This document shows, piece by piece, positions 14,063 to 26,809 of a stretch of DNA of 64,000 nt. Position numbers and translations under genes: made by a program. Position 1 is the stretch's first letter; every line of letters begins with the position of its first letter. The DNA comes from Tubulanus polymorphus. Lineage: Eukaryota; Animalia; Nemertea. Below the pieces are notes generated by a model. That model searched no databases, had not been told where the DNA came from, and worked only from the letters and a program-made list of their open reading frames with translations. The stretch is taken from NCBI RefSeq assembly GCF_964204645.1, contig NC_134028.1:10664001-10728000 (forward strand), read 5' to 3'.

Positions 14063-14708
14063 CGCCACCCTTGGTGACTGGCATCCGTGAATACACGAAC
14101 TGGAGCCTCCAACGGGGCCAGTGAAACACTGCTGTGTTGAAGGTTCAGGAATCAAGGTCTCCCAGTTGCCCTTTGACTGAGACCAGAAGACCTTCCAATA
14201 TATTTGCAAGCGCCTGCTTCTGAGGCGGCCTAAGGCAGGGCCGTCGGAACGGGGGCGGCAACTTTGTTGCTGAACTAAAAATGTTTTTTTTTAAATGTTC
14301 TTTCCTCTCGTAATGAATATCATGATTTTCATAGCCAGATTAACTCAGAATCAATCTCAGAGCTTGGGAAAATCAAAAAAAATTGCGCCACCCTTGGTGA
14401 CTGGCATCCGTGAATACACGAACTGGAGCCTCCAACGGGGCCAGTGAAACACTGCTGTGTTGAAGGTTCAGGAATCAAGGTCTCCCAGTTGCCCTTTGAC
14501 TGAGACCAGAAGACCTTCCAATATATTTGCAAGCGCCTGCTTCTGAGGCGGCCTAAGGCAGGGCCGGCGGAACGGGGGCGGCAACTTTGTTGCTGAACTA
14601 AAAATGTTTTTTTGAAATGTTCTTTCCTCTCGTAATGAATATCATGATTTTTATAGCCAGATTCACTCAGAATCAATCTCAGAGCTTGGGAAAATCAAAA
14701 AAAAATTG
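14063..14708. repeat. Near-perfect 323-bp tandem duplication spanning DIRS pol and the left part of the inserted MITE
   Basis: 14063-14385 and 14386-14708 are almost identical. Confidence 0.9.
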
Positions 14709-14809
14709 GGGGAGGACCCATAGACCCTTTTGAAATACAGCAGCATGACAATCAGATCATCAATATAAACACTAGCCGCCCCACTGAAATTTTCCTTCCG
14801 ACGGCCCTG
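14559..14809. mobile_element. hAT5-type MITE, 5-bp TSD TAAGG
   Basis: TAAGG|cagggccggcggaa..ttccgacggccctg|TAAGG. Removal restores DIRS VVPLGRLRSRRLQ. Confidence 0.85.
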
Positions 14810-15985
14810 TAAGGGCACCACCAGACCCAAGGAGCTGATGGAGTCTAGAAGCCGCGACCAGTAGCGAGCTGTTCTCGGGGTTGTGGACACTCCCGCTACA
14901 GCTTCTTGAAGTTTGGCTACTCGAGCCATGGACAGAAAGACTTTGCCGATTCGGAGATCGAAGTTCATGCCGAGATAAGTGAACTGTTGGGTCGGCGTCA
15001 ACTGAGATTTTTCCGTTTACGTGGAACCCTAGCTGATGGACTAAGTCCAAGACTGAGGTCATTGCCTCCAGACATTCTTGAGCAGAGTTAGCGACTATTA
15101 ACCAGTTGTCAAGGTAAATGAACAATCAAACACCCCTGGTCTGAAGTTCCTTCTGAACAGACTTGACCACCTTGGTGAAAACCCACAGGCCGTACTGAGG
15201 CCAAATGGAAGAGACCTGAACTGAAACGGGCGGCCTTTCCACTTTATCCTGAGAAATCGCCGAGATTTTGGGTGAATTGGAATCTTTCAGGCATGAAATA
15301 AGCATCTTTCAGGTCCAATGAAGATGCCCATTGACCCGGACGGATACCTTGAATCACGTCCTTGGGTTTGGTCATCCAGAACCTTGGAATGTCTAGGTGC
15401 CGATTGAGGGATGACAGATCTATCACTGTCCGTTGACCCCCTGTGGCCTTTGGTACCATGAATATTCGAGAAAACCAGCTAGAATTTTCGTTGCAAACTG
15501 GTTCTATCGCTTCCTTCTTGGCCAATTCCTTGAGAGCCGGAGTGATTAAGGCCTCCTGACCTGGTTTTGGCCGCATGTTGGGAGGTGACCTCGTCAGGCG
15601 CGGTCGCTTTAGGAAAAAGAGACGGTAGCCACGTGAGACGACCCGGGAGGGCCAACCGTCTCCTAAAAGGTTAGACCAGTGGATGGCTACCCGCTGTAGA
15701 CAACCTCCCACTGGTTCAGAGAATTCATTTCGAGTTTTTCCGAAAAGAGGAGCCCCATTCTCGGAGGTTTCCCCTTGCCCCAATATGAACCGGAACTGTT
15801 ATGACCGGACAAGGTTTGACACGATTGTTGGAGCTGTGCGCTAGTTCTCCAACTGGCATCTGAAGCCGCCTGAGAAAGCGCTGAAGTTTGAGTTGGTCCT
15901 GTTTGAGTCCGTGCCGAACCTTGCGCGCCAGCGCCAGACCAGAACGCTTTTTCCACGGAGTTCGGACAGTGGGCTTGGTCTGGAC

Positions 15986-17241
15986 CTACCGAATCTTCCT
16001 CAGCTTGGCAGAAACAGGAGCGCACCAACCGGAAAAGGGACGCGAAGACGTCCCCAATGGAGCTCTCAGTAAATAATTGGACACCATATCTGGTAAACGA
16101 GCTTTGGAACTGGAGTCCATAACTGACTGACGATAGGCAAAAACAGGATTAGCCTGACCCCGAACCGACAACGGAATGACATGTGAAACAGACCGAGCCA
16201 AAGATTGGATAATCCGGTTCATTCCCTCTAGTTTTAGGGCTACTGACTCTGGGTAGGAGTCCCCATGGACGGCGGCGAAAGTTTCGTGAAGCTCGCCCGT
16301 CAATACCTTAAGAGCCATATCCTGAAACGAACCAACCCAAGTAAGATTGTCCAGGATTGACGTCATGGCCACCAAACCAGACTTAGGCAAACGAGTACCC
16401 GACTGTGCTGAACCAGTATCCGGGCTGATCAAAGTATAATCAGCATCCAGGCAGCTATGACTATGATCCACAGCACCTGGAGTTGCATAATACGTCGAGC
16501 GAAATGCGCCAATAGGCGGATCGGTTGAACTAAAATATTTTCCAGATTTCATAAAACGTTCAGGGGCGACATTCACCCCATAATTGCGTATCTAATCTAG
16601 CCCATTCTCTTGAAACAGCTGACGATTCGCGTAAAACATTAAGATCAGAGTTGGGAGGGCGATAAGCTTCGATTGACTCACCGACCAGAGGAGCCGCTGT
16701 GGGTTTAGTGCGAGTTGCCCCGTGTTTGACCAAAAACTCACTAATCATTGCTATAAATGGCATGTCCCCAGGACTGGACCGGTGCCGGTATCTCGACTAC
16801 CGTGGCCGCACGCGCTCGGTTCAAATCCTGTAGTCCTGTAGTCTGAACCGGTGATCGACCAGCGACCGGTGATTGACCCGAGACCAGTGCCGGAGAACTG
16901 GCGTTCCTCCCCGGTGAACAGAGTTGGGAAGCCAACCGTGCAAGTACAGCCGGCGACTGCTCTGCTATACGATTTGAAATCGAATTAGAGACGTCAGTGG
17001 GCACGTCGGCCCAAAACCGACGAATCTCTACGATTAACGCAACAATGATCTTTCAGTTTCTGAGCCTTATTAGCACGAATCCAAAGGTCCTCGGACCAAA
17101 CCTCGCAAGTCTTACATGGATTACCTCTGGAGCAGATTTGCCCAGATTTCCGCCTACAAGACGCACACGAAACGTGGTCGTCCCAGGCAAATGCCCACAT
17201 CCCTCCCCACCACGATGCTGACCTTTAGGAGGGGGAGGCAT
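15986..17241 (-). pseudogene. DIRS gag-like ORF1, fragmented, with Cys-rich N-terminus
   Basis: Lies upstream of RT. DDHVSCASCR..CSRGNPCKTCEVW is typical of DIRS ORF1 N-termini. Confidence 0.7.
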
Positions 17242-19109
17242 AATTATTCAATCAATCGTTCAACAATAATGAATTCAATTCAATTCAATTAGTTAAATCA
17301 TTTCGGGAAAAAAGAACAAGGGATAGCCCCCCGAACCTAACGGACTCACCGTTACGAGAGTGATAACTCCCTTAACTTCCTAATCCCTTTATTTTTTGGG
17401 CGCAAAAATCCAACGCGTTCATAAGCAAAAACTCCAAGAAAAAAGATAGCGGATTTCGCTGGTGGCTAAATGCAATACCACATATAGAAAAACCATTGGC
17501 GATCAATCCAAATTTAGAAAATATAAGCAAAAACCATAGGAAAGGGTACAGTACTCGACGGAAATATTAGAGGACCTGAGGCTCGAAATAGGTAAGCTCG
17601 CTCAACAAAATCGTCGTCGGTATGGATTGATATTGCCTTAGATACGATAAGAGGGGTTGCGAAATGAAGGTAGGCCTATCATTTTAGCCATGTTTTAGCG
17701 GTGCATGTTTAATCCATATACTATCAAGTTATATTTACCATACCACCGGATACAGTCTGCTCTCAGCACAATCGGCACAACCCATGATATAGGCCAATGA
17801 CAATACAGTCCGTGGGGTACAAGCTTCACAACCATGTGTTAACACGACCAGCACCGTAACGCGCATTAACCATTACTGATACATACACGGTGAACACTGC
17901 GTGTATAAGGCGATATTGCTGACGGGACTGTAACTTATGTTATCAACGTGCACTCTCATCACTGTGCCGAAACCTAAGTACACATAATCGGGCTCTAAAA
18001 ACGGATAGCTGACGCAAAAGTCCAAAAGAATTAATGACTATTAATCATTTTACTTAGTAAAAGTAAGAAAGTTTTCAGCGTTGCATGACGTACTGCTATC
18101 TGTAAAAACTATACTGTGCATGTACTAGACTATAGAGCGCACGTGAACACTGAGTATAGATTCAAGACAGCAGCTAATGTTGAATCGATGTAGCACGTGT
18201 ACTCACCGAGTCCATATCACCAATGTGTAAACATTCAATTAATCCGCTGACACACACACCAAGAAAATACCCAACTTTTGGGCAATAAACGATAAAATAA
18301 ATCTCCCGATATCTATATACGGAAATAAACAACTAAGTCAGAGAATAGGCCTATGTAAAGCGCTATTTCAAAAATGTATTCGTGACACTATTTCAAGCGC
18401 GGACTAATACATGTCGTGCCTACGTACCGTCGTCCTAACAAAACCAACCAAATAATTTCAGGCATATTGATGACAATCAATAGGCTACAATCTGTTGGAG
18501 CTTGTCACAGCAGGAAATCTAAGGTGGGCATACCAGGTATGGGAAATGCTCGATAATGACCTTATAGCATTATACTAAACATTCATTCATTTTGGGGAAT
18601 CACATCCCTGTTGCTTGTTAAGTCAGGATCTGAAAAAATTCTTCCCGGGCAAAGTTATTTCTTCCCTCAAACCTCATGCAAGTTTACAACAACTGTCATA
18701 CTACCTTACCCCATCCCATATTTAAAGAGATGAAATGATTTAACAAGAGCCCGAAGGGGCACTACAGCCAGCCTGTCACATTCAATTTTCATAAATGATG
18801 CAATCTGTGGATCGTATTAGTCAAAATACACTCCCTGATCAATATAAGTTAAACAGTACAATCATGTTATTATTCAAAGTAGCACTAACAGCAGGTACAA
18901 AAACCTCAGATCAGGGAAGTGTGACGAGATGGAATATGGACGCTATTGTGCAGCTCTTGTCGAATGTGCGTTGTAATTGCCCTAAAGCCGATAACGGTTC
19001 GTCGGCGAGCGCTTTGTTACGTAACGCGGCGATAAGCGATAACCAGCGAGATCGGGAATCTCCGTAATAATTCAGTTGTTTCCGAATATCGGTTTTTCAT
19101 CCCATAATA

Positions 19110-19500
19110 AACTTATATAAAAATTCCTCTGTAAACTGGTTAAACTCAACACCTGATTACCCCTCATCAATTTTAGTCGATCAACTTGTATTCACAATTG
19201 TCTTAAATTTAAGTGCCTCTAGTTTGTCTCTTAACTGCTTCTCTTTAATCTGTTTTAGCGTGTAACTGTTTCTACGTTAATTTTCCTTTAGTTAGTATCA
19301 TCTCTGATTACTTGAATTAGTCTCTTTGTCTCTGGATTGTATATATCTCTCATAATTTCTGTAGTATTCATTATTTCTGAAGATGACTATTAGGACATAG
19401 ACGAAACGTTGAATAAACTACTAACATTTTTGGACTTTTTCGTTATCATTGTGGGATTCTCTCTACATCGCTTCAGACGGATATAGTGTTTTATCAATCG
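19110..19500 (+). mobile_element. Penelope-like element 3' end/pLTR fragment, copy 1
   Basis: Homologous (inverted) to 44347-44560 and 61852-62127. Carries the CTGAAGA..GAAACGTT hammerhead motif followed by AATAAA. Confidence 0.7.
19371..19416 (+). ncRNA. Minimal type I hammerhead ribozyme motif
   Basis: ttattt CTGAAGA t gactat taggac atagac GAAAC GTT gaataa: core boxes, stem II with one mismatch, and stem I. Confidence 0.6.
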
Positions 19501-21220
19501 TGATATTGGTTCTTTCCGCTGTATTAAAATGGCAACGGTTGTCAACGAAATTATAAATGATGACGATTTTGACGATCTATTCTTTGATAGTGACGAATTG
19601 GTTCAGATCGATACGGAAATATTACGGGAATCCTCTGGATCAGGATCAACTAATTCGGCCGATTCTAGTGAGTGTTATTCCTTTTGAATCAATGAAATAT
19701 CGGAATAGTTTCCACCTAATTGCAGGCACTTTATTCTTTCCTTTTCTTTTTCATATAGGTACTTCTCAGGCTCAGCTGACCAGAGACTGCGATCTGAACA
19801 CGAGAAAACACACATACAGGTATTTTTTACATTTATTTTTATAATCAATACAATCCTTTTAGGTTATAAAATAATAAACGAATACAGAAAACAATATATA
19901 AACATAATATAAAAAATCCAGATAAGTACATGTTAAAATAATAATCATTATTATTATTTTCGCAGGAACACTATATATTTGGAAAAGGCTATGACTGAAG
20001 TGATTAACCATCGAGTATTTAAATTCAGTTCAAATGGAATGGCAGCAGTACATTATGGAAAATCGATCGATAAAATTTTGACTACAAATACGTCGCCTTC
20101 CAGACTTGGAATTAACCAGTGGTTTACAAAAATTCAAGATACATTATGTTCCGCCATTCACTTAAGCACTGCGAAAGATTTGGATAAAATGTGGGCAAAG
20201 TTTCATGTTGCGACAACTGAAATCGAACTTTTATATTAAAATTAAAAAATTATTTGTATCGATAGGACGACGATCCGGAGGTTTCGCATTTTTTCCACAC
20301 AATCGACAAAGATCCATGACTAAAAACAAGAAAAGGTTAATTAAATGAGATTGCTGATGCTATTTAGGCAACTTGGTTTATATGGGGGACAATAATTTGT
20401 AGGCCTAATGTAAGCGTTATTAAGTAACATTATTATGTAGTAAATACACATTTTAAAGATCATACTTCGTGTATATGTTTGTGTCGTAACATAGCAACAT
20501 GACGTCAGAAACGAAAGCTGCGCGAGTCTGGGCCGAAATATTTGACATCTTCAAGGCCCAAATAACGCTAAACCCGGAATCAGAACGAACTGACAAAAAC
20601 ATATGTTTAACACATAAAAACAGACTTTAATCACAATATAAATACTTAATGTTCCGATACCGGGTTTCGGAGATATAGAAGAATAAAAATACATACCTTT
20701 TTGGACAAATTTTACGAGAAATTGTTGAATTTCAACCGATTTTCTAAAGAAAAATATGAGTATACACAGCCACTTCCACGTTGTTCAATGAACTGCAGTG
20801 CACATGCGTAGTATCGATCGCAGAACATTTATCGGGCTAAAACTATTGCGGGTTGTTCTGCGACCGAATCAAAGTTGATGTTGACTGGTGTTCAGCTGGT
20901 AACACACACTCGATAAGCGTAGCTTACTGTTGTTGCGGTAACCTTTGATGTACGGGCTGAATTGAATAGCCTACATCCGGCAATTAAAAGCATCCGTATT
21001 CCATCTCATCACACTTCCCTGCTCAGATCAATCATTTCCCTTTGTCTTATTAATTTGAATGCAGAATAAAATTGAATTGAATTGGATGTTAATTTGTCCA
21101 ATAGAATAAAGTTGGATTTGATGATCTTCGCTTAATAAAATAAAATTGAATTTGATATCATTTGCAGAATAAAATTTGATCGAATTTGCAATTCGAACAA
21201 ATGGCTATTTAGCATATTAA

Positions 21221-22212
21221 CCCTTACAATACCACTACCGTATGGCATACGGTACAAATTGTCATGCTAGCATACCCGTACCGTCTGTGATACTGTATCA
21301 CTTAACCCTGCTTCTAGAAGGGCATATCTATCAATATCAGCCGGTGCTGCCATCTGCATAAAATCCAAGATGGCAACAGCCATGAAAAAAACAATTTGGC
21401 TGGATGAAACGGTTCAGCAGCTCGTATATGATGCTGACAGTGATGCTGGTGACGGAATTTGGTAATGAACAAATTGAGAGTGACAACGAATATGGCAGCA
21501 GCAGTTCAGATGATGAGGCTTAGTCAGAAAATAGGTTTATAGTGCCGGTAATGATTTTGATGATGAAAATGAAATCATTTACAATTTTTTTAGAACCTGT
21601 TGACACGGTTGTCATGGCAACGGACACAAATAACAATAATGAAGAAGAACCAGAAACTGTCCATCCTCAAGGTCACATATATCCAAAAAATTTGTCTTAT
21701 TTGTAAGCCCAATGGTTATCAACACCATGGTAAACAATGTATCAGTGTCAAACAATTTTCTGAGGCCTGAAATTACACCCCAATGAAACCCCTTACATCC
21801 GGCCTTCCGACATATCGGTGGAGAAGTTGGTAAATGAGTAGAAAAATAAATTTCTTAGTTGTTCTATTGCTTTGAAATTTTTACAACATAAAGTAAGGAT
21901 ATATGGCATACAATTTCAGTTGGAATTGAATAGATCAGTGCATTTTGCTGGGAGACAGAGCAGTTTATCTGATACTTTTTCGTGAATTTTTTCATGGCGG
22001 CCATCTTGGAGTATGTGACCTTGACCTCAAGTTCACTTATATCCAAATTATTTATGTTTACATTGTTGGCCCAAAAGTTATCAACAACATACTATATAAA
22101 TTTTCTGTCTCAGATACCTTGGTAACTATTGTATGAAGTTTCAAATATACCCCTATAAACCCCTAAATTCCCTCCGGTACAGCAGCGGGGACACTATGTG
22201 GTATTGAAAGGG
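21221..22212 (+). mobile_element. piggyBac deletion derivative, TTAA TSD
   Basis: TTAA|cccttacaatacca..tggtattgaaaggg|TTAA. Contains an acidic transposase-like N-terminal remnant from about 21369. Confidence 0.85.
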
Positions 22213-22875
22213 TTAAGGTCATCCAATCCGATTTGAAAGCTATTTTTCTTAAACCCTGGGAAATTGTGAAGGATGAATTTTCTGTATTGCAAATAAAAAA
22301 TGCCTCCCAAAAACCAAATCAAGTTCACATCAAATCTTGAAATGCAATTTCTTATCTTAAACAAGAACCCTAAGGAGCACTATGGCCAGCCTGTCAGCTT
22401 TTCATGAAATGGCAAATGATGCATTCTGTGGGTTATATTTGTCAAAATATACTCCCAGCTCAATACCTATAATTTACACAGTACAATCGTGTTTTCATAA
22501 GCAGCACAGACAGGGAGCCAGCAGGAACAAATACCTCAGATAAATCTTTTCCCTTGGTCTTATTGATGTGAATGCGGAAAAAACAAATCAACTAAAAATT
22601 TCACAGAAATCGATCTTGAAATACAATTCTAAATCTTAAAATAAAACCTGGAAGTAAAACAGTAGATGATACTGCAGGTTCCAGTGAACACCTGCTGATT
22701 TCTACGGCTAAGCCAATCATAGAGGAGTAATTGCTTAAAGGTTTTTGTTTTTCGTACGCAAGTATAGAATCACGCTAATTTTTTCATTGATTTTTGGGTG
22801 ACACGATCTCGAGTCAAATTAGTAGCTTGAACAGAAGTTATTCAGTAACTAATAAATTTGTAGGAAATCTCTTAC

Positions 22876-22991
22876 TTGTCTAGGAGATTATTTCCATCTT
22901 GATTTCTGCTTTGCATTTTCATCTGAGTAGAGATGTAGTCTAGAAAGATATTCCAAATATCCAAACAAGCAAAATATCCATCAAAAGTTGG
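22876..22991 (-). CDS. XPO6: Exportin-6 exon (PTFDGYFACLDIWNIFLDYISTQMKMQSRNQDGNNLLD)
   Basis: Matches PT-EGYFSCLDIW-LFLDY. Acceptor ccttttag, donor gtaaga. Confidence 0.93.
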
Positions 22992-23889
22992 CTAAAAGGA
23001 ATAAAGAAAAATAACATAAATTGCCCATGGGCAAAGTGTGTTTTACCTTGAAAGCTAGAGGTTGTTTGGGGTAAGGGCATTGCTTGAAAAATCTTTTTAA
23101 TTCTTGACTTCAAAGTTCTACAAGTTTAAATATTGTATTTATCTTTCTTAAAGGATTATTTTGTAGTCAAATAAAACCAAAGATATACATTTGTTTACGG
23201 TCCACATCCAAAATTTCGTAGGGTACAGGTAGGCGCGGCATGGAAACTATTTTATATTCTCAAAGAAATATTTTTCATAATATGAAAAAAATATTATACA
23301 TATATGAAAAGCAATTAAAATTTCATTTCAAGTAAATAACGCAAGAATGTTTACTCAATCTTTACATAGACTGATTCTGAAGAAGTGGAGAATAGAAATG
23401 ACAGATTTTATCATCATCTGCCCAGTCTGAGGTGCCCAGGGGTCGTTCAGATCAAACGTTTCCCTACCAATAGGATATTGTTCACGGTCGAGTTCTATAT
23501 TTCCGTACCATATTTTTATAAAAATTTTGTTCAAATAAATTTCTTTTGTCATCATATCATAGAAAAGAAGTGTAGTTATCTATTTCGTATGGAATATGGC
23601 TCTATTTTGAGGATTACTATTTTTCCAGGCTGCTATTCCAGAAATTTTCCATGGTAATTTTGAATCCAAGATGGCTCACATTGGTCACATGACCTGAACG
23701 CACCAATCTGAACCATGGAAAATTATTCTGAAATGTAGCCCCGATTCATATCTCAAATTTGGCGTTTAGTTTGTTTATTTAAGTTGAATAGTTTCTGAGT
23801 AATGCTAAGTTAACTGGAGACACTTGTTTCACCAAAAAATCATCTCAGTATTGTACCATATAAAATGGCCCGTACTGAAAGGGTTAATT

Positions 23890-25145
23890 GCCCGTGAAAA
23901 ACCTTTTTCCACCTATGAATGATGACGGATGGCACTAACATGGCCACCAATTGCGTGATAAGTGACTGAACACAAAACCCTTCTGATATGCTTTGATCCC
24001 TTCCCCAAAGAATACAATCATAAATTTCAATGAAAAATGGTACACCATTAGGAAGCTACGAGTCTTGAAATTCCGACAAAAATTGACCTCGTCTGACATA
24101 AAAGGGTCACTGGACGGCTATCTCAAGTATGATCTACCCAATCTAACCTGATGGGCCCTTAAAAGAAATAAATATATATGAGATGAAAATAATTCATTGA
24201 AGTGCCTTGAAAATTGTCCTTGAAAACTTCAAAAATGTGTAAAAAGTGCTAATTTTGGCGAAAAAAGGTCAGGTCCTGACTGGCTAAATTTTGGGTTGCA
24301 GATGTCTCTAGTATATTTACATGCATAGAACTAATATCAAAACAATCCAGAGCAGGATCTTCAAAACTTCCCAAAATAACTGGATTCCATCTACGGGTGG
24401 ACAAATTTACAAACCAGAAGTGAACGCAATAGCTAGCTGGGACTAAACACCCAAGAGGGCGAAAAAGCTGATTTGCCTAAAACAATGGCCACAAGGCAGC
24501 CATCTTGATTCAAACACATCTTGACTCCGGCAAATCTTTGGCTGCAAATGCAGCTTGGGTAGATACATACATAAACCAAATATCAAGACCGCAAAATATC
24601 CAAGAAAACTAGAACTTGTCTCTGGAGGTGCGGTACCGCCTAGAAGAAACTTAACGTTTTCGTTTGCGTTTAGTTTTATATCGTTCAAACCGCTTTCTGT
24701 ACTTCGTTTTGGTTTAGTTCCGACCGCGTTCGACACTCATTAGGGACAAATATCCCTTTCAGATTTACGCGTTTCGCTGCACACTTATGGGTGCAATGAA
24801 ACTTCGAACGCTCCAATTAGGCGTTCATAATGTTACTGCGTGTATTTTACCATGTATTCATCAAATATAAGAAGTTGCACTCGAAAAGAAGGATTGGAAG
24901 CTGCAATTAATACGTTTGTGCGTTTGATGTACGCGTGCCAGATGCGTTGAATTTGAACAGCGGTGGTAACTAGTTTAATTCGGGTTTCTATTTCGTTTCA
25001 GCAAAAACGAAAGACGAAAACACAACGATATCCGACGAACGCCGGACACATTATGAGTTACGTTACTTCTAGGCTGTACCGTATGATAGATGAAAAATGA
25101 TCACAATAGCCCATTGGCACTAAAATCGAATTGGGCTAAAAACCA
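23890..25145 (-). mobile_element. Diverged HINE family A-related ends, two in tandem
   Basis: Homology to the family A terminal region (aacgcaatagc..gggactaaa; caatagcccattggcactaaa..tgggctaaaa). Confidence 0.6.
24629..25083. mobile_element. MITE with T(A/G)CGGTAC ends (IS3EU-like termini)
   Basis: tgcggtaccgcctagaagaaacttaac / gttacgttacttctaggctgtaccgta. Confidence 0.65.
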
Positions 25146-25220
25146 GATTAATTGTCCGATATGTTCTGGACTGAGGAGTCTATTGTACAGTATATTTCAA
25201 CAATGGAAGGGTAAACTGAC

Positions 25221-25347
25221 CTGTTTGAATGTGTATTTGAAGAGTAATGACAGGAAATCTAGAACTGGAAATTGACTGTTAGATTCAAATCTGCGTAAAT
25301 GTATACTAACAAATAGCTGCAAAAACTCAGTGAATTTGTCTATATAA
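25221..25347 (-). CDS. XPO6: Exportin-6 exon (YIDKFTEFLQLFVSIHLRRFESNSQFPVLDFLSLLFKYTFKQ)
   Basis: Manual translation, not in the ORF track. Matches YIEKFTDFLRLFVSVHLRRIES-SQFPV-EFL-LLFKYTF. Preceded by a 74-bp intron. Confidence 0.95.
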
Positions 25348-25421
25348 CTGAAAAATAACAAGGAGCTATATGAGAAAATATCAAATAACAGAAAGAGAAG
25401 GCGAAGAGATTGAAAACTAAC

Positions 25422-25857
25422 CCTTCATCTAATTCCTGCAAGCGATTTCCCGATGAATTAGTTCCACTCTCTTTTGTTAGTCTTTGTAAAATGTAGAATG
25501 TTTGTTGAAACATTTGTAACAAAAAATCTTCTAACTCTAACGGCACACAATTTTTAGACAGTAATTCATTAATACAATTCATTGACTGAATGCCTAACAA
25601 ATGATTTTGTTCGCAACATTGATTCCCAATGCTCGAGGTACGACCTTGAGACGTTTCACATCCGAATCCAGCAAATCGAAATATTGTTGTCAATAACGAT
25701 GGTGTCATCGTCGAAGATAACGGAATCCATGTGAATAAATGAGATAAACAATTGAGCGCCGTCATAGAAACTAGATAAGAGTTCGTGTTCAACGGAGGCA
25801 ATGATTCTATAGATATTTTACTCATCGGTGACTTAAACATATTGTTTAAAATATTCC
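25422..25857 (-). CDS. XPO6: Exportin-6 exon (..CLSHLFTWIPLSSTMTPSLLTTIFRFAGFGC..CINELLSKNCVP..MFQQTFYILQ..RLQELDE)
   Basis: Strong match to recalled XPO6 motifs. Acceptor ttttcag, donor gttagt, phases fit. Confidence 0.96.
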
Positions 25858-25885
25858 CTGAAAAATCAACAACAAAATAGGATTA

Positions 25886-26790
25886 GAACAAGAACCCCAA
25901 GGGGTACTACGGCCAGCCAGTCAGCTTTTCATAAAATGGCAAAAAATGCATTTTGTGGGTTATATTTGTCACAATACACTCCCACTCAGATTCAAAACCT
26001 AATTATAATTTACACAATACATATAGTGATTTCATAAGAAGCACAGACTGGAGCTGGGAGGATTCCTGTGAAACAAATACCTCAGTTGAATCTTTTCCCT
26101 TGGTCTTATTGATTTGAATGCGGAATAGAATTGAATTTCCCGAAATTTGCTCAATAAAAAAAAATTGAATTGGATTTGATGTTTTAATTGTTCAATAAAG
26201 TAAAATTGAATTGGATTTGATCTTTTTTGCAGAAAAACATTTAATTGAATTTGCAGTTTGAGCACATGGCTAATTAGCATATCAAGGTCATCCATCCGAT
26301 TTGAGAAAAAGCTATTTTCCCGGACTATGCATAATTGTCAATGATATTTTTTCTGTAGTGCAATTCAAAATATTCCTCTCAAAAACCAAATCAACAAAAA
26401 ATTTCACAGGAATCAATCTTGAAATACTATTTTAGATCTTAAAATAAAACGGTAGAAGATACCGCGGGTACCAGTGATTTCAATAAGAAATTAACAAGCC
26501 AGGTCCCTTTGAAAAACAGGAGGGTCCCATAATATGTCACAGTCCCGGAAATGAAAGCTGTTTGGAAAAAACAGGCGGGTCCTTTACAAACGACAGACGG
26601 GTCTGGGACCTGGGACCTGGCTCTTATTGAAAACACTGGGTACATGAACACCCGCTGATCTCTCGACTAAATAGAGGAGTCTTTGCTTTCTGATTCGCTT
26701 TTTAAAACAGATATTTTTGCGTTCAGATTTTCGTAGAAAAGCTAACATAAATTTTAACGAAGCCCTTTTTCTTTTGAATGGGATAAATGA
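25886..26790 (-). mobile_element. HINE-like family B copy
   Basis: Starts aacaagaaccccaaggggtactacggccagcc and is colinear with 34364-35124. Confidence 0.8.
26472..26638. mobile_element. hAT5-type MITE, 5-bp TSD GGTAC
   Basis: GGTAC|cagtgatttcaataaga..tcttattgaaaacactg|GGTAC. Confidence 0.8.
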
Positions 26791-26809
26791 GGGTCTGTTC
26801 AATTAAATA

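Larger units (their letters stand above)
13483..15783 (-). pseudogene. DIRS pol: reverse transcriptase, RNase H and dam-like methyltransferase domain; interrupted by a MITE and a duplication
   Basis: SRIFMVPKATGGQRTVIDLSSLN, SLDLKDAYF, PFG, YLDNWL, FTDAS..GW, INFLEM, TDNSTV, NVMADALSR, DLFAT and DAFSLDW..YAFPP motifs. Confidence 0.92.
12346..18740 (-). mobile_element. DIRS1-like tyrosine-recombinase retrotransposon (degenerate); upstream boundary approximate
   Basis: Gag-like, RT, RNase H, methyltransferase-like and YR domains in DIRS order with overlapping frames. GC-richer than the flanks. Confidence 0.9.
18912..21021 (+). mobile_element. DNA transposon derivative with 30-bp TIRs and 7-bp TSD (P-element/hATw-like), carrying spliced ORF remnants
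   Basis: CTCAGAT|cagggaagtgtgacgagatggaatatgga ... tccgtattccatctcatcacacttccctg|CTCAGAT. Confidence 0.8.
18742..22360 (-). mobile_element. HINE-like family B copy interrupted by two DNA transposons; a further partial copy follows at about 22360-22740
   Basis: Starts aacaagagcccgaaggggcactacagccagcc. Family B sequence resumes at 21022 and 22213. Confidence 0.7.

Noticed and set aside
13412-14676. Alternative-frame ORFs of 265 aa and 115 aa in DIRS
   Set aside because: Overlapping or frameshifted DIRS frames plus the duplication, not independent genes.
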